Origin: Eledone cirrhosa | Taxonomy: Eukaryota | Length of the DNA stretch: 64,000 bases | Assembly (NCBI GenBank): GCA_964016885.1 | Contig: OZ024743.1 | Span: 28,458,001-28,522,000 of the forward strand | Direction: 5' to 3' | Part shown: piece by piece, positions 13,370 through 25,391 of the stretch | Layout of the letters: every line of letters starts with the position of its first letter | How positions within the stretch are numbered: position 1 is the first letter of the stretch | Notes under the pieces: model-generated | The model's input: only the letters and a program-made list of their open reading frames with translations | What the model was told of the DNA's origin: nothing | Databases searched by the model: none | Position numbers and translations under genes: made by a program

Positions 13370-14005
13370 ACATGATATGAAAGAGTACTGGTGGAATGTT
13401 CCTGTCAAACCACTAACAACATGCAAACATAACAGAACTGACAGAGTGATATGGGACAAAGAAAAGCAGGCATGCACAGTAGTGGAAATCAGCTCCTTAG
13501 CAGATGTTAACATAATGCTGAACACTAGTGAAAAAGATAATATTTATGCTGAACTAATGAAAAATCTGCAGATAATCTACCATGAGTATACTTTTAGATT
13601 TGTACCTGTAATAATTGAGGCTCTGGAGTATGTTAATAACTGTCTCAGTACAAATCTTGGTTTCACAGAACCAGAAAGGGCCTGGCTGGTTAGAAAATTG
13701 TAAGTATAGTCCTTTAATTGTGAAAATATGTAAAACCTTTCAGAAATTCAGCATGTAATAACACCATATACACATATTTAGATACAGAAACATAGGCACA
13801 AGTACATATATAACTAAAAAAATACGGATCCGCAAACATAATAACACCCATACCAGCACATACACACACACAAACACACATACACACACACAAACACACA
13901 AACACACACACATTGATATACATATATATTTACCTAGTTGATGTTGTCTAAATTCCAATGAAAGAATCTTGTTTCTATGTTAGAAACCTACCCGTTTATT
14001 CTTAA
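13370..14005 (+). mobile_element. 3' fragment of R4/Dong-like RLE non-LTR retrotransposon
   Basis: EYWWNVPVK...KHNRTDRVIWD...CTVVEIS, homologous to 17499-18035; shared 3' UTR tagttgatgttgt.taaattccaatga. Confidence 0.8.
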
Positions 14006-14349
14006 ATATATATATAAGTTTATAGGCTGACTTTGAAGGAGTGATGTTATTCTATGAAATCTTACATGCATTAATTTCAACTCTTATGAATAACTTCATT
14101 GTTTCTTCCCGGAAAAATAAACCTCATTTGTCATTCCAGCCAATGAACTTTTCAACCAACCCTCGTGTGTGTGTGTGTGTTTGTTTGTGCGTGTGTATGT
14201 GTTTTTTTGTGTGTGTGTTTTCTGCGTGTGTTTTGTTCATGCACGTCTGTGATGTATGTTTGTGTATGCGTGTGTGTGCTTTTTGTGTCTGTAGTTGACA
14301 CAACGTTTCTTATTTTACATTACTGTGTTTAGTTATATATCCTCTTTAC

Positions 14350-14936
14350 TATGTAATGTTCTGGAAGTCTAGTTGGTATCTATGTAATGTGTTCTGGAAG
14401 TCTAGTTGGTATCTATGTATTCTGGAAGTCTAGTTGGTATCTATGTAATGTTCTGGAAGTCTAGTTGGTATCTATGTATTCTGGAAGTCTAGTTGGTATC
14501 TATGTAATGTGTTCTGGAAGTCTAGTTGGTATCTATGTATTCTGGAAGTCTAGTTGGTATCTATGTAATGTTCTGGAAGTCTAGTTGGTATCTATCTAAT
14601 GTTCTGGAAGTCTAGTTGGTATCTATGTAATGTTCTGGAAGTCTAGTTGGTATCTATGTATTCTGGAAGTCTAGTTGGTATCTATGTAATGTGTTCTGGA
14701 AGTCTAGTTGGTATCTATGTAATGTTCTGGAAGTCTAGTTGGTATCTATGTATTCTGGAAGTCTAGTTGGTATCTATGTAATGTGTTCTGGAAGTCTAGT
14801 TGGTATCTATGTATTCTGGAAGTCTAGTTGGTATCTATGTAATGTTCTGGAAGTCTAGTTGGTATCTATGTAATGTTCTGGAAGTCTAGTTGGTATCTAT
14901 GTAATGTTCTGGAAGTCTAGTTGGTATCTATGTATT
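14350..14936. repeat. Minisatellite, ~19 copies of TTCTGGAAGTCTAGTTGGTATCTATGTA plus 0/3/5-nt linker
   Basis: Head-to-tail 28/31/33-bp units, almost invariant. Confidence 0.95.
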
Positions 14937-17319
14937 CTGTCAAATTCAAATAATATCCATGACTCAAGTATGTATCTAGATATCTCTCTGTATTTAGCAA
15001 ACTTATATATTTTTGCAATCTATGTTATTAAATATGTCATGGTGCTCATGTTGCTCACGTTGGCTGGTTCTATACCAGTGTATTTGTTTCACTTCTGAAT
15101 TTTTGGGGTTTATCGTCATGTGATTGGATATGTCATATTTTCAGACTATATTTATGTACAGCAACATACGAAGATTATTGTAATAAAAATTAAAATTATT
15201 GAAAATGTTCTTAATCATAATTATAGGAGTTAATTAAAAAAGATAAGAGGTGACGGAAAGGCATTGAAAACTGTGTCCCATAGCACATTGTAAAAGCTGG
15301 AATATTTACAAGTTTGATAAGATGCAAATAATTAGCAATCTACTCAAAATACCAGGAAATAATCAAATAAAAAAATAATTTAGTAAAGTGTTAATGAAAA
15401 TATTTACAAGAAAATATTACGAAACAAAAAACTGTGAAATGATTTTGAAAGAAATGAATATATGGCAGGAAGGACATCTGCGTTTTAGGATTGAAATATG
15501 ATATTTGTAAATTAGTTACACACCTAAAAACGTTTTTATTTCTGTTTTTATTTTTTCGAGTCCGCAAAATCGTGGTTAGTAGAGATACTTGCGTGATAAG
15601 AACGTAGTTACATTTCAGTTTGTATTCATGTGGATGCATTCTTAATAAGAAACGGGAGGGGGTTAACATGAGAGTTTTCGACGCATGATGTAGATATTGG
15701 AGATATTTGGCATAAAGATATAAGGGAGCATGGAGGTAAAGAAAAAAAAATGAAATTTACAGCTCACACCCATCCAAACTTTCTCTGGCTAATGACGTGG
15801 GTACATTTCATAAGACTTTTTTTGGTTGTTTAAGAATAGGGTTGCCAGTCCTATCATTAAAATCAAAGGAAAATTAAGCATTTTGCTTGGTCCCGGAATC
15901 TAACCCACGATCTTATGATCAAGAGTTCAACCACTAAGTCATCTGCCTTCACTGAATATGAATGGATGCATTGAAAAACCAATAACTCAACTCTAGGTTA
16001 GTAGACTTAATAAATTTCTCTACGAATAAGGTTTACATGTTTATAAAATAAAAACAAATATGCTAGTTAACATTTCATATTCTCGACGATAGAAACGGCC
16101 CCGGAATGTGAGGCATCTTTTTCTTGTGCAAAGCATATAATGTATGGCACTGGTCGAAATGCAGGTACATTTTGCAAGACATTTAGCACGATTTATGTTC
16201 TCTGTAGTCTGTGCTTTTCGTTTAAAATGGCAATTCACAACATTCATTGTGAACCAGTAAATATTGTCTGGTGTTGTTTAGCCTCAGGGGAGCCCTTATC
16301 ACACTGATGTTTCAGTTTTACTTAACCACGGGAGGAAAATATTTTTCAACATTTTTTCTTCATATGGGAGGGTGGTTAATTTTGTTGTGATAGGATGCCA
16401 ATGTTGCTTGAGAATAGCTTGTGTCGATGTTTTAATTCAGGTTTCTCCTAAGTTACATTAGATATTCTAGTAATCCTATCTCTTTCAGGTTTATAATCTT
16501 CATAAAAATAAGCTGGTATCTGTGTGGCAGGTATGTCTCCATTGTTCCATACTGCATCTCATATGATGTTACAACAGCTTTTAAAATCCGACCACCTTCA
16601 TAGCAAAGGAGATATAGCTGATTTTCATCTCCGTTCATGTTACATTTTCCTGCATCACAGAGCAGTTTCCGATTTGTTTTTATTTATTACATTGTATGTA
16701 TTCTTCTAATAGACAGCTGAAAAGGTTAATGTTAGGAGTCAAGATCAACATTAAAATTGCCTTTCAACGCTATGGGTAGTAATAACGTTATTGTGTCTCC
16801 TCTAAATTTATACATTCTTTTTTCAAACCATCTCATTCTGAACATTATAAATGGCATTCCAATCTAGTCAAAAATGCCTATAGACGTTCATTGTTAGGTT
16901 GCCGTTTTTTTTTTATTTTCTTAACATGTTGCATTAAATATGTGCATTTAGACACTAGAAATGACATCCCAATGAGCATGTAATTTTGGATGGTGTATAT
17001 TTTATTATATGCGCGTAACTTCTTAAATTTTGTAAATAGCTCTGTAGAAGAAATAAAGACCCACTATGGAAATTTAGATATTAAGTAATATATACAAGTA
17101 GATCATGAATTTCAGAAAAGTATATAATATTTTCACGTTTCATTTACACGAAAGTATGTATGTATGTATGTATGTATGTATGTATGTATGTATGTATGTA
17201 TGTATGTATGTATGTATGTATGTATGTATGTATGTATGTATGTATGTACGTACGTATATGCGTATGTACGTATGTATGTTCTTCTGGTTTTATAATTTCA
17301 CAAAGTTTTACCAATAGGG

Positions 17320-19392
17320 AGAGAGTCGGTTTCTAACATAGACACGAGACTCTCTCATTGGAATTTACACAACATCAACTAGGTAGATATGTATGTATGC
17401 ATGCATGTGTAGATATGGATGTTATTGTATGTGTATGTTTTGAGTTGTATGTGTGCATGTGTATATGCTTTGCATCTGTACATGTGTATATGCAGTTATT
17501 AGATGCAACATTTTTGGAATTTTATACATATTTTTACTGTTCCATTAATGGATTGTACTTGTAATTTCCTAACTAGTTGTGTTCTTTCTGTTCCTATGAA
17601 GCCTAGCTTCTCAAGATTTGTATTGAGGCAGTTACTAACATACCCCAGTGCCCCAATAACCACAGGCATAAATCTGAAGGTGTAATCAGGGTGGAGTATC
17701 TGCCGATTTCTCATCAGATCTGCATGAATATTCTCCTTTTCACTAATCTTTGATATTATATTGGCATCTGCTGGGTAGCTAATTTCCACTACTGTGCATG
17801 CTTTCTTCTCCCTGTAATATCCTATCATAATATTTGGTCTGTTATGCTTGCATTTTATAGGGGTTTTTACTGGAACATTCCACCAGTACTCTTTCATATT
17901 ATGTACATGGATGTCTTCCACATTGCTGTAGCTTTTAATGTGTTTATTATTGGGGCTATCTTTTTTACGAACTGCATTGTACAGTGTTTTGGCCACTACA
18001 TCATGCCCCATAGGTAGATAGTACCGCGATGACATCTTTGGACAGCTGCTGATGACATGGGTGATATCCTCGATGTTAGTTCTGCAGAGTCGGCACTTGT
18101 TATCACATCTAGGCGTTTTGCCTGCATCCCTATCTCTTTTGTGAATCAGGTATTTCGTGTTGATCTCCTGTTCCTGGATTGCAAAAGCGTATCCTTCAAA
18201 GTGGGAGCCAATGTAGCGGTTGTTGGTCCAAGATAGACTACTTTCCTTATCTATATTACTCTCACTCTAGAGCTTCCTGGCAACATATCCATTCATGATG
18301 TTTTGCTGAAAAGTATGCAGTTTTTTCATCCATGGACTCACTACGATACTGCTGAGCGACTTCCCTGCGACATTCAAATGTTGTCTGGACTGATGTTAGG
18401 CCTCTGCCTCTCTGCTTACGTTTCAAGTAAAGGCGGGCTATGTCACTGTAGATGTGGAAGTTTCCGATGTTGTTTAGTATTTTTCGAGTTCCAACATCAA
18501 CTGCTCGGATTTCGTCTATCGTTCAATTGAGTATTCCAAACGTTGGTGTTAGGACAGGCACAGCAAACACATTGTGAGCCACTGTTTTGTTTTGCGCAGA
18601 GTTCCGATGACCAGATCTTTCTTAATCGGGTGTAGTATTCCATGGTTACGCGTTCTTTATTACAGATACCTTAGAGGATATGTTCTCATCTATCCCCAGG
18701 TATCTGTAGCAGTCCTCATCAGATATCGGTGAAACAGTTAAGCCATTGATGACAATGTTGCTAGATTGGGTTGTTGTTTTTCCCGCTTTACAGTCATGTA
18801 TGAGCATTTATCTTGGCCAAACTCCATTCCTATATCCTTTGAGTACGTTGTAACCAGGTCAAGATTTTTCCTCATCCCATCCATGTTCTTGGCATAGAGT
18901 TTCAGATCGTCCACAAAGAAGTTATGGGTTAGGTTCGTATTTCTGTCTTCCTGTGAGCCAATGATGTATCCCTCACATTTCTTGAGCAGAAAGGACAAGG
19001 GGTTTAATGACAAGATGAATAATATCACAGAGAGACTGTCCCCCTGAAATATACCCCTGCAATATTTTATTTTATCAGTGAAAATTGAGTCCTCCCTCTC
19101 TGACCTTAGGATAGTAGCCCAAGAAGAAGACAGCCTCTCTATGGTTCTGACAATAATGTCTGGGACTTTAGCAAGTTGGAGGGCCTCTATCATCCAAGAG
19201 TGGGCAACAGAATCGAAAGCTTTCCTGTAGTCCAGCCAGACTGTAGCCATATTCCTCCTAAGTTGTCGCACCTCCGACATCGCAGTTTTGTTGATTAGGA
19301 GTTGTTCAGGACATCCCCAAACCCCTTTCTTTCAAGCTGTTTGTTCATCTGTGATGATGTTATTATTTCCACAGTGATCTTGGAGGAATATG
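17320..19392 (-). mobile_element. 5'-truncated, frameshifted R4/Dong-like (RLE) non-LTR retrotransposon within (TATG)n
   Basis: RT WLDYRKAFDSVAHSW, GIFQGDSLS, FFVDDLKLY; CCHC knuckle CRLC....EDITHVISSC; RLE NRPNI...VVEISYP; (TATG)n on both flanks. Confidence 0.88.
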
Positions 19393-21683
19393 TATGTATG
19401 TAAGTATGTATGTATGTATGCACGGGGACTTTGAAATACTCGGTTTGGTGCCCGAGCACGTATTTGTTAAGACATCGTTCAAGGGGAAGAGAACTCTGAT
19501 GTAATACCTGAGACTTGATGGCAGGAAATTTTAGTAAATTAATTTATTACAAATATCATATTAAAGGTAAATCCATTATTTATGAATTCATTTGATAATT
19601 TAAGAAAGAGGATTTTCTCGAATACGTATAGCTGCAGATATAGGAAATTCACCTTAGACAAACACCTGCGTCATATGACATTTAGTACGTATAGTATGCA
19701 AACTTCATATCAGAAAAATATTATACATGTAGACAATAGGAAATATGTTAATTTTAATTGTTTAAAATGAATTTTATTGATTCTATATTATATAGAACAT
19801 TAGCGCAGCGTGTTACCTGATTTGGGACCAATGAGTATTAAAATAGAAATTCTGGGATTCCAAATTACATTTTAGTATCTATCTTCAATTTGATGTTCGT
19901 ACCTATCCCGAAGGGTCTTCGGAGTAACATTACTCGACAGGTTGCATAGCTCAGATAGCAGAGTATCACTCCGAGTACAGCAACTAATTCTTCGCATCAA
20001 TAGCTCTGGCACTACAGACATATTGTTAGAATTGCTCGACAGATTTTACCGACACAGCCAACCATCAGAAGATCGAGATGTAAACAACGAAAACGATGGT
20101 TGGGTAACACCCATAAACTCGGTTAGTCTCGCTTGGAAATCCAACTGGATCCTTTAGTGAAGGGTGCTTTTGATAATGCCCTTTTAAAGGCGTATCTGAA
20201 GACTTTGCCCCTACACCAGCCTCTTCGGAATAAGTTGGCGTAAAACAGGAGATAAATTGTCTACAATTTACACATTATCAATTTCTCCACATAGAGAGAA
20301 ACTTTTGTTAAATGGTTTCAATAATTACAGTGTAAATAGAAACTTGCTTAACATTTACTATTCTACAAACGATTAAAATGTCTTCATCTCAGTAATATCA
20401 AGATACGGTCCCTCGATATTTAATCCAGTGAAGAACTGATGCAACAAACTGAAAAAGAATTGCATTTTTTAATTTAATTTTGTGTTTGTGTGTGAGGATG
20501 TGTATATGAGTGACTGTGCGTCTATCGTTCCTTTAGTTCTTAACTGCTTCAGCAATGGTCTTCCGTCTAGATAACAACACCCATTCACTAATACGGTTAT
20601 AACTATCAGTGCTACATATCTCTCTTTATAGCTATTACTACGTTAGTTCTCTTCTTGACTTGTTTGTTGTTTCACCTACCTCTCCTCCTCTTACTAACCC
20701 TACAAATATCGTAGTAAACACAGAGAGGTTATCAACAATGTACGGCATAGCAGGGATAGGCAACATCCTATAAATGCCCCATGCAGGTCAGAATTAGCAC
20801 GCCAAACGAGATGCCTACATACTGTTCATGTTCTTGTTTACAACAATAATTGTAACTTTAACTTAGATCTATTGGTTGAAATGTCAGGTTATTCATATTG
20901 AAGTTTTCTTGGCAAGATTACAGTTTAGGTTAGAAAGAGTAGACATGTGTCTCTAAGTAACAACTGGGTCTTCGTAATAGGATGTCATTGATTTCTCATT
21001 TCAATTCTTTGGAAATTAATGTTTCCATCATAAACTGTACGGCTCTGAGAAAGCATTGATTTATTTACTGTCTAGCTCACGCCGTTATCTGGGTTATCCT
21101 CCTATAGGGGGAGTTAGATATTCTAATTATCAGGAACAAGTTATTCATGTTATGAACTTGAGAAAAATAACAATCTTGGACAATTGTCAGCTATTTTACT
21201 TTTTAGTTCAATTATGCAATGTGTGTAAAATTTGGCAGACGCAAGTTGTGTGAAAGTCCCACTCATGTAGGAATCGTTTATTTCAAAGCGCCAGTCTTAT
21301 CACAGACGGTAATACATGAATGTTGCAACAATATAAATAAAGCGTAGAAGTATCTGAAGAACACTCATCTGCTTAAATTGAAGTTCAATATAATTGTTTC
21401 TACTTTTTTGGCACAAGGCCAGCAATTACCCAGTGCATTACTGGTACTTTATTTTATCGACCCCGTAAGGATGAAAGGCAAAGTTCAATATAATGGTAGT
21501 TCCCTTGATGTACAGATGTTATAGCGGTGGAGGATTTATATATATACTATACATGGCTTCTATGCTGCTAGATTTGAAGGATGCTTAAACACAGAAAGTT
21601 GTAAATATATTTACGTATGAATGAATTAATGTTTTGAGAAATATGGGATTTTAGTAGCCTTGGAGCCATATTAGGCAGAGATG

Positions 21684-21747
<64 letters not shown>

Positions 21748-21751
<4 letters not shown>

Positions 21752-22370
21752 ATAATAATAAATTTGAAGACTAAAATCCAAAGAGGGCTCGATAAGGATA
21801 AATATATATCAAATATATAAGAACCGTAGAGAAAATATTTATTAAAATAACAGATTAAAGTTTAAGCAAAGAATCGCTGCTTTCACCATTAACGGGGTCT
21901 TCTGAAACTAAAAATATCAATCTGTGAACGCATAAGTGAATATTTCAAAAAACGTTGTGTAGAAATATTCAGATGTTGTTCCTGCATGATGAATATAAGT
22001 CAAAAGAGTGCTCAGCCGAGGGAGCCAAATAGTAATAATAATAAATTTGATGACTAAAATCCAAAGAGGGCTCGATAAGGATAAATATATATCAAATATA
22101 TAAGAACCGTAGAGCAAATATTAATTAAAATAGCAGATTAAAGTTTAGTCTTCAAATTTATTATTATTACTATTTGGCCCGCTCGGTTGAGCACTCTATT
22201 GACTTATATTCATCATGCAGAAAGAACATCTGAATATTTCTACACAACGACTTTTTAAATATTTACTTCTGCGTTCACAGATTGATTTTTTTTAGTTTCA
22301 GAAAATCCCGTTAAGGCTGAAAGCAGCGATTCTTTGCTTAAACTTTAATCTGTTATTTTAATAAATATAT
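21748..22370. mobile_element. ~282-bp unit present as 1.4 direct copies followed by an inverted copy; hammerhead-like motif in each full unit
   Basis: agtaataataataaatttga.gactaaaatccaaagagggctcg at 21748 and 22031; 22144-22370 is the reverse complement of the unit. Confidence 0.85.
21859..21909 (-). ncRNA. Hammerhead-like motif (CAGAAGA core); inverted copy at 22294-22344 (+)
   Basis: agttt-CAGAAGA-cccc..ttaa..tggt-GAAA-gca(gcgattctt)tgc-TT-aaact. Confidence 0.55.
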
Positions 22371-22556
22371 ATATATATATAAATACAATATCGGAGAAAG
22401 CTTTTTAGCGATACTCCGGCCAAATTCCAACTCACTCAACAAACATTAGGAAATAAGTGATTATATTCCCAATTATGTGTTCGGGGTGCTAACTAAAAGT
22501 ATTACGTGGAAAATTGGCTGTATTATTTCAAATGAGACATATCTAATATATCTCTT

Positions 22557-22683
22557 CCCAGACGGACGTTTCGTTTCATTATAGGACTCCTACAATTTGG
22601 GTGAAATTATACCAATTTATGTAGGAGCTTGTATACCATCAATAGATATATATTCAAGTGGGCTCCTATAATTCATCAGTGGG
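22557..22683 (-). ncRNA. Type-I hammerhead with ~100-nt stem II insertion
   Basis: ccca-CTGATGA-attatagga...tcctataat-gaaac-GAAA-cgtccg-TC-tggg. Confidence 0.7.
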
Positions 22684-23085
22684 TGCCCCAATAATACTAA
22701 TATTGATAATCTAACCAACATCAGCATTTAGCGATAATCACTTTCTGTGCCTGAGGTATCTGTCAGGTAGCCAGTATAGCAGTTCTGAAAGAAGTGCTCG
22801 AACTGATTCAAAAAATGAGGAAGTGAATTACCGCCAAAAAAAACAATACATCCGCGTGTCAATGAACTCTGAAAGGAATTCAGGCCACGTGCTAAGAACT
22901 CAATTGGAAATTGAAAAAATATCTATGTGTGTACAACATTTGATGACACACACAGATATTTTCTCGGGCAAAATAACAGAATGAGATATAAGGAACAATC
23001 AATATTCATATATAAAAAATAAACAAAGAAATGCTAACCTTATACCGGGAATTTTTTTCAAATCTGCTGCGCCAAGAGTAAGTAA

Positions 23086-23166
<81 letters not shown>

Positions 23167-23213
23167 CAATGATATTAAATAAATGGAAACTATATTTATA
23201 AAACCATATTTAT

Positions 23214-23267
23214 TCTATTATATATATTTCAAGGGTACCAAAATTTGGTACGCTCTCATCAGATAAA
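23214..23267 (-). ncRNA. Type-I hammerhead in a short TA-flanked fold-back island
   Basis: tat-CTGATGA-gagcgtaccaa(attt)ttggtaccctt-GAAA-tatata-TA-ata; island bounded by atatttataaaac / gttttataaatat. Confidence 0.75.
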
Positions 23268-23547
23268 ATACGAAGTTTGTTTTATAAATATTGACATAAC
23301 CAGGAAAGAAGAACTTAACGGATCAAGTTTTTCCTAGAACCTAATGATTGCTAAGCAAACTTCTTAGCCATTCAGCCCTGGTGGATCTACAAGCCCTGGA
23401 GTAGTCGATTTTCATAAAGTAGAGTTCTCAGAACAATTTGACGGTGGTCTATAACTCCTTTATATCATCGTGAATGGTGAACTATCTCTTAGAGAAAAAG
23501 AAGAAAAGAACACGATTCTCAGGCCAGCTATTTCACTTTCTTCTTCT

Positions 23548-23655
<108 letters not shown>

Positions 23656-23684
23656 CATATAAATGTGTGTGTGAGTGTGTGTGT

Positions 23685-24595
23685 ACTAGCAGAGTTACCC
23701 GGTAATGCCTGGGTATATTATAAAACTAATTATATTTTGCCACAAATTATCTTTCACTTTCTTATTTACTCGTCCATTCTTTCTCACATCATCTCTCTTC
23801 CGCTCTTTCATTCTCTTTGTCCTTCTCTACAGAATGGAGAAAATGTAACAATTAAAAAATGATCAGATAGATTTTATTTGAATACGGGAAAATAAATAGA
23901 ATTGAATTGGATATAAATTACTGTTTTATACATCAAATAATTGCTTCTACTTTTGGCACAAGGCCAGCAATTATCCAGTGCATTACTGGTACTTTATTTT
24001 ATCGACCCCGTAAGGATGAAAGGCAAAGTTAACCTCAGTGGGATTTGAACTCAGACCATAAAGGGCCGTAAGTCTTTGCTGCAAAGCATGGCGTCCGACC
24101 CTCTACCGATACTGCCATCAAATAATACTACCAATACTTGTTCAATAACATTTTGTCTCTTTCTTTGTCTACCTCTTTCTCTTGATTTTCTCTTGCTCTA
24201 TCTATTTCCTCTTCTCTGAGATTTTCACTCTCATATTCTTTCGTAACCCTCTTTCCCCTTGTATATTGTATCATCTCTCTCTCCATTTTTTATCCTCTCT
24301 TTCCCTTTTCCAACCACTCTTTCTCTTTTACTAACAACCTCTCTCTTCCACTCACTCAATTCTGTGCAGAAATAAGAGTGTCAATTTTAAAACCAAATGG
24401 CCAGATTGTTTTCATATGAAAAGTAAATAGAATTGAATGGAAAATAAATTACTGTTTTATACATAAAAATAAATATTACCATTATTTCTCCGGTGGGATA
24501 AGAAAAAACAATATATATTATTGTAGATATTCCTTCCTTAATTTCTTTGTACAAGTCAGACACACGCAGGGACACATTTATTATATATTATAGAT
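23685..24595 (+). mobile_element. Possible non-autonomous Helentron/Helitron-type repeat interrupted by a SINE
   Basis: Starts TACTAGC...ACCCGG....GCCTGGG and ends ...tttattatatattataga, termini typical of HINE-like repeats; internal duplication ~23830-23930 / 24365-24465. Confidence 0.4.
23950..24118 (-). mobile_element. tRNA-derived SINE (family A)
   Basis: Reverse strand: tggcagtatcggtaga (A box), gagttcaaatcc (B box), conserved core. Confidence 0.85.
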
Positions 24596-24669
24596 ATATG
24601 CTTATATACATATATATAATGAATAAGAAAGATGGTTTTATGTGTACATCTTCTTTCTATCACATAGTT

Positions 24670-24736
24670 CTGTTATACGTATTTCGAAGATGTCAGAGTG
24701 GTTCATAAAATCTTCTGACATGTTCCCTTCAGACAG
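24670..24736 (-). ncRNA. Type-I hammerhead (CUGAAGG variant) at the 3' end of an old PLE relic
   Basis: ctgt-CTGAAGG-gaacatgtcaga...tctgacatcttc-GAAA-tacgta-TA-acag; eroded PLE RT-like codons (DYP, TD.Y.K) on the minus strand at ~25100-25200. Confidence 0.75.
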
Positions 24737-25351
24737 TTTGAGATTTGAGATGTTTTTGTTTTTGATATGCTACTGATTCATCACAATGTTTACATTACTG
24801 GAGAGCAATGTAAGCATAGCGATAAACCACAACATATGTACACATAAAATCGCCTCTCTTATTCATAATATTGAACATCCAGCAGATAGCTAACTCCATA
24901 CACCATAAACAAATATATTAGCCAATCACTAACGTCAGATTTTCATTTTGTATTTTGTATGTGTATCATGAGCATCGTTCTATGTTCAAATTCTTCCGTG
25001 GTTAGCCGCTTTTCATCCTTGGAAGATTGATTAATAACCTGCCAGTCTGGAGTATCAACCTGTCTTGCAGTATTTGTGTAGGTAATTTGCGTTCTATCTT
25101 CAAATGCTTCTATGGCTAAACTTACAGGGTAGTCTTAATTACTCACACTTTTTAACATCCCACTTGGACTCCTTTAAACAGACATCAGTCTATATTTCTA
25201 TCGATATCTTGTATTATACTAGATTTCCTAAAACAATCCTAACCTGAAGACCTTTCTTACGCTGCGATAAATTGTTTATCCACCAAAATTTGTCATGTTT
25301 TCCTATCATTGCTTGTTTGTTTCTGATTTATCTTTCTATTATTATTCCAAC

Positions 25352-25352
<1 letters not shown>

Positions 25353-25391
<39 letters not shown>

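Noticed and set aside
14350-14936. CRISPR-like array of ~28-bp repeats
   Set aside because: No unique spacers (0-5 nt linkers), no cas genes, eukaryotic context.
14940-17100. Host exons in repeat-poor stretches (also 640-1850, 19420-21680, 31700-33050)
   Set aside because: No recognisable protein motifs; small exons cannot be excluded without RNA evidence.
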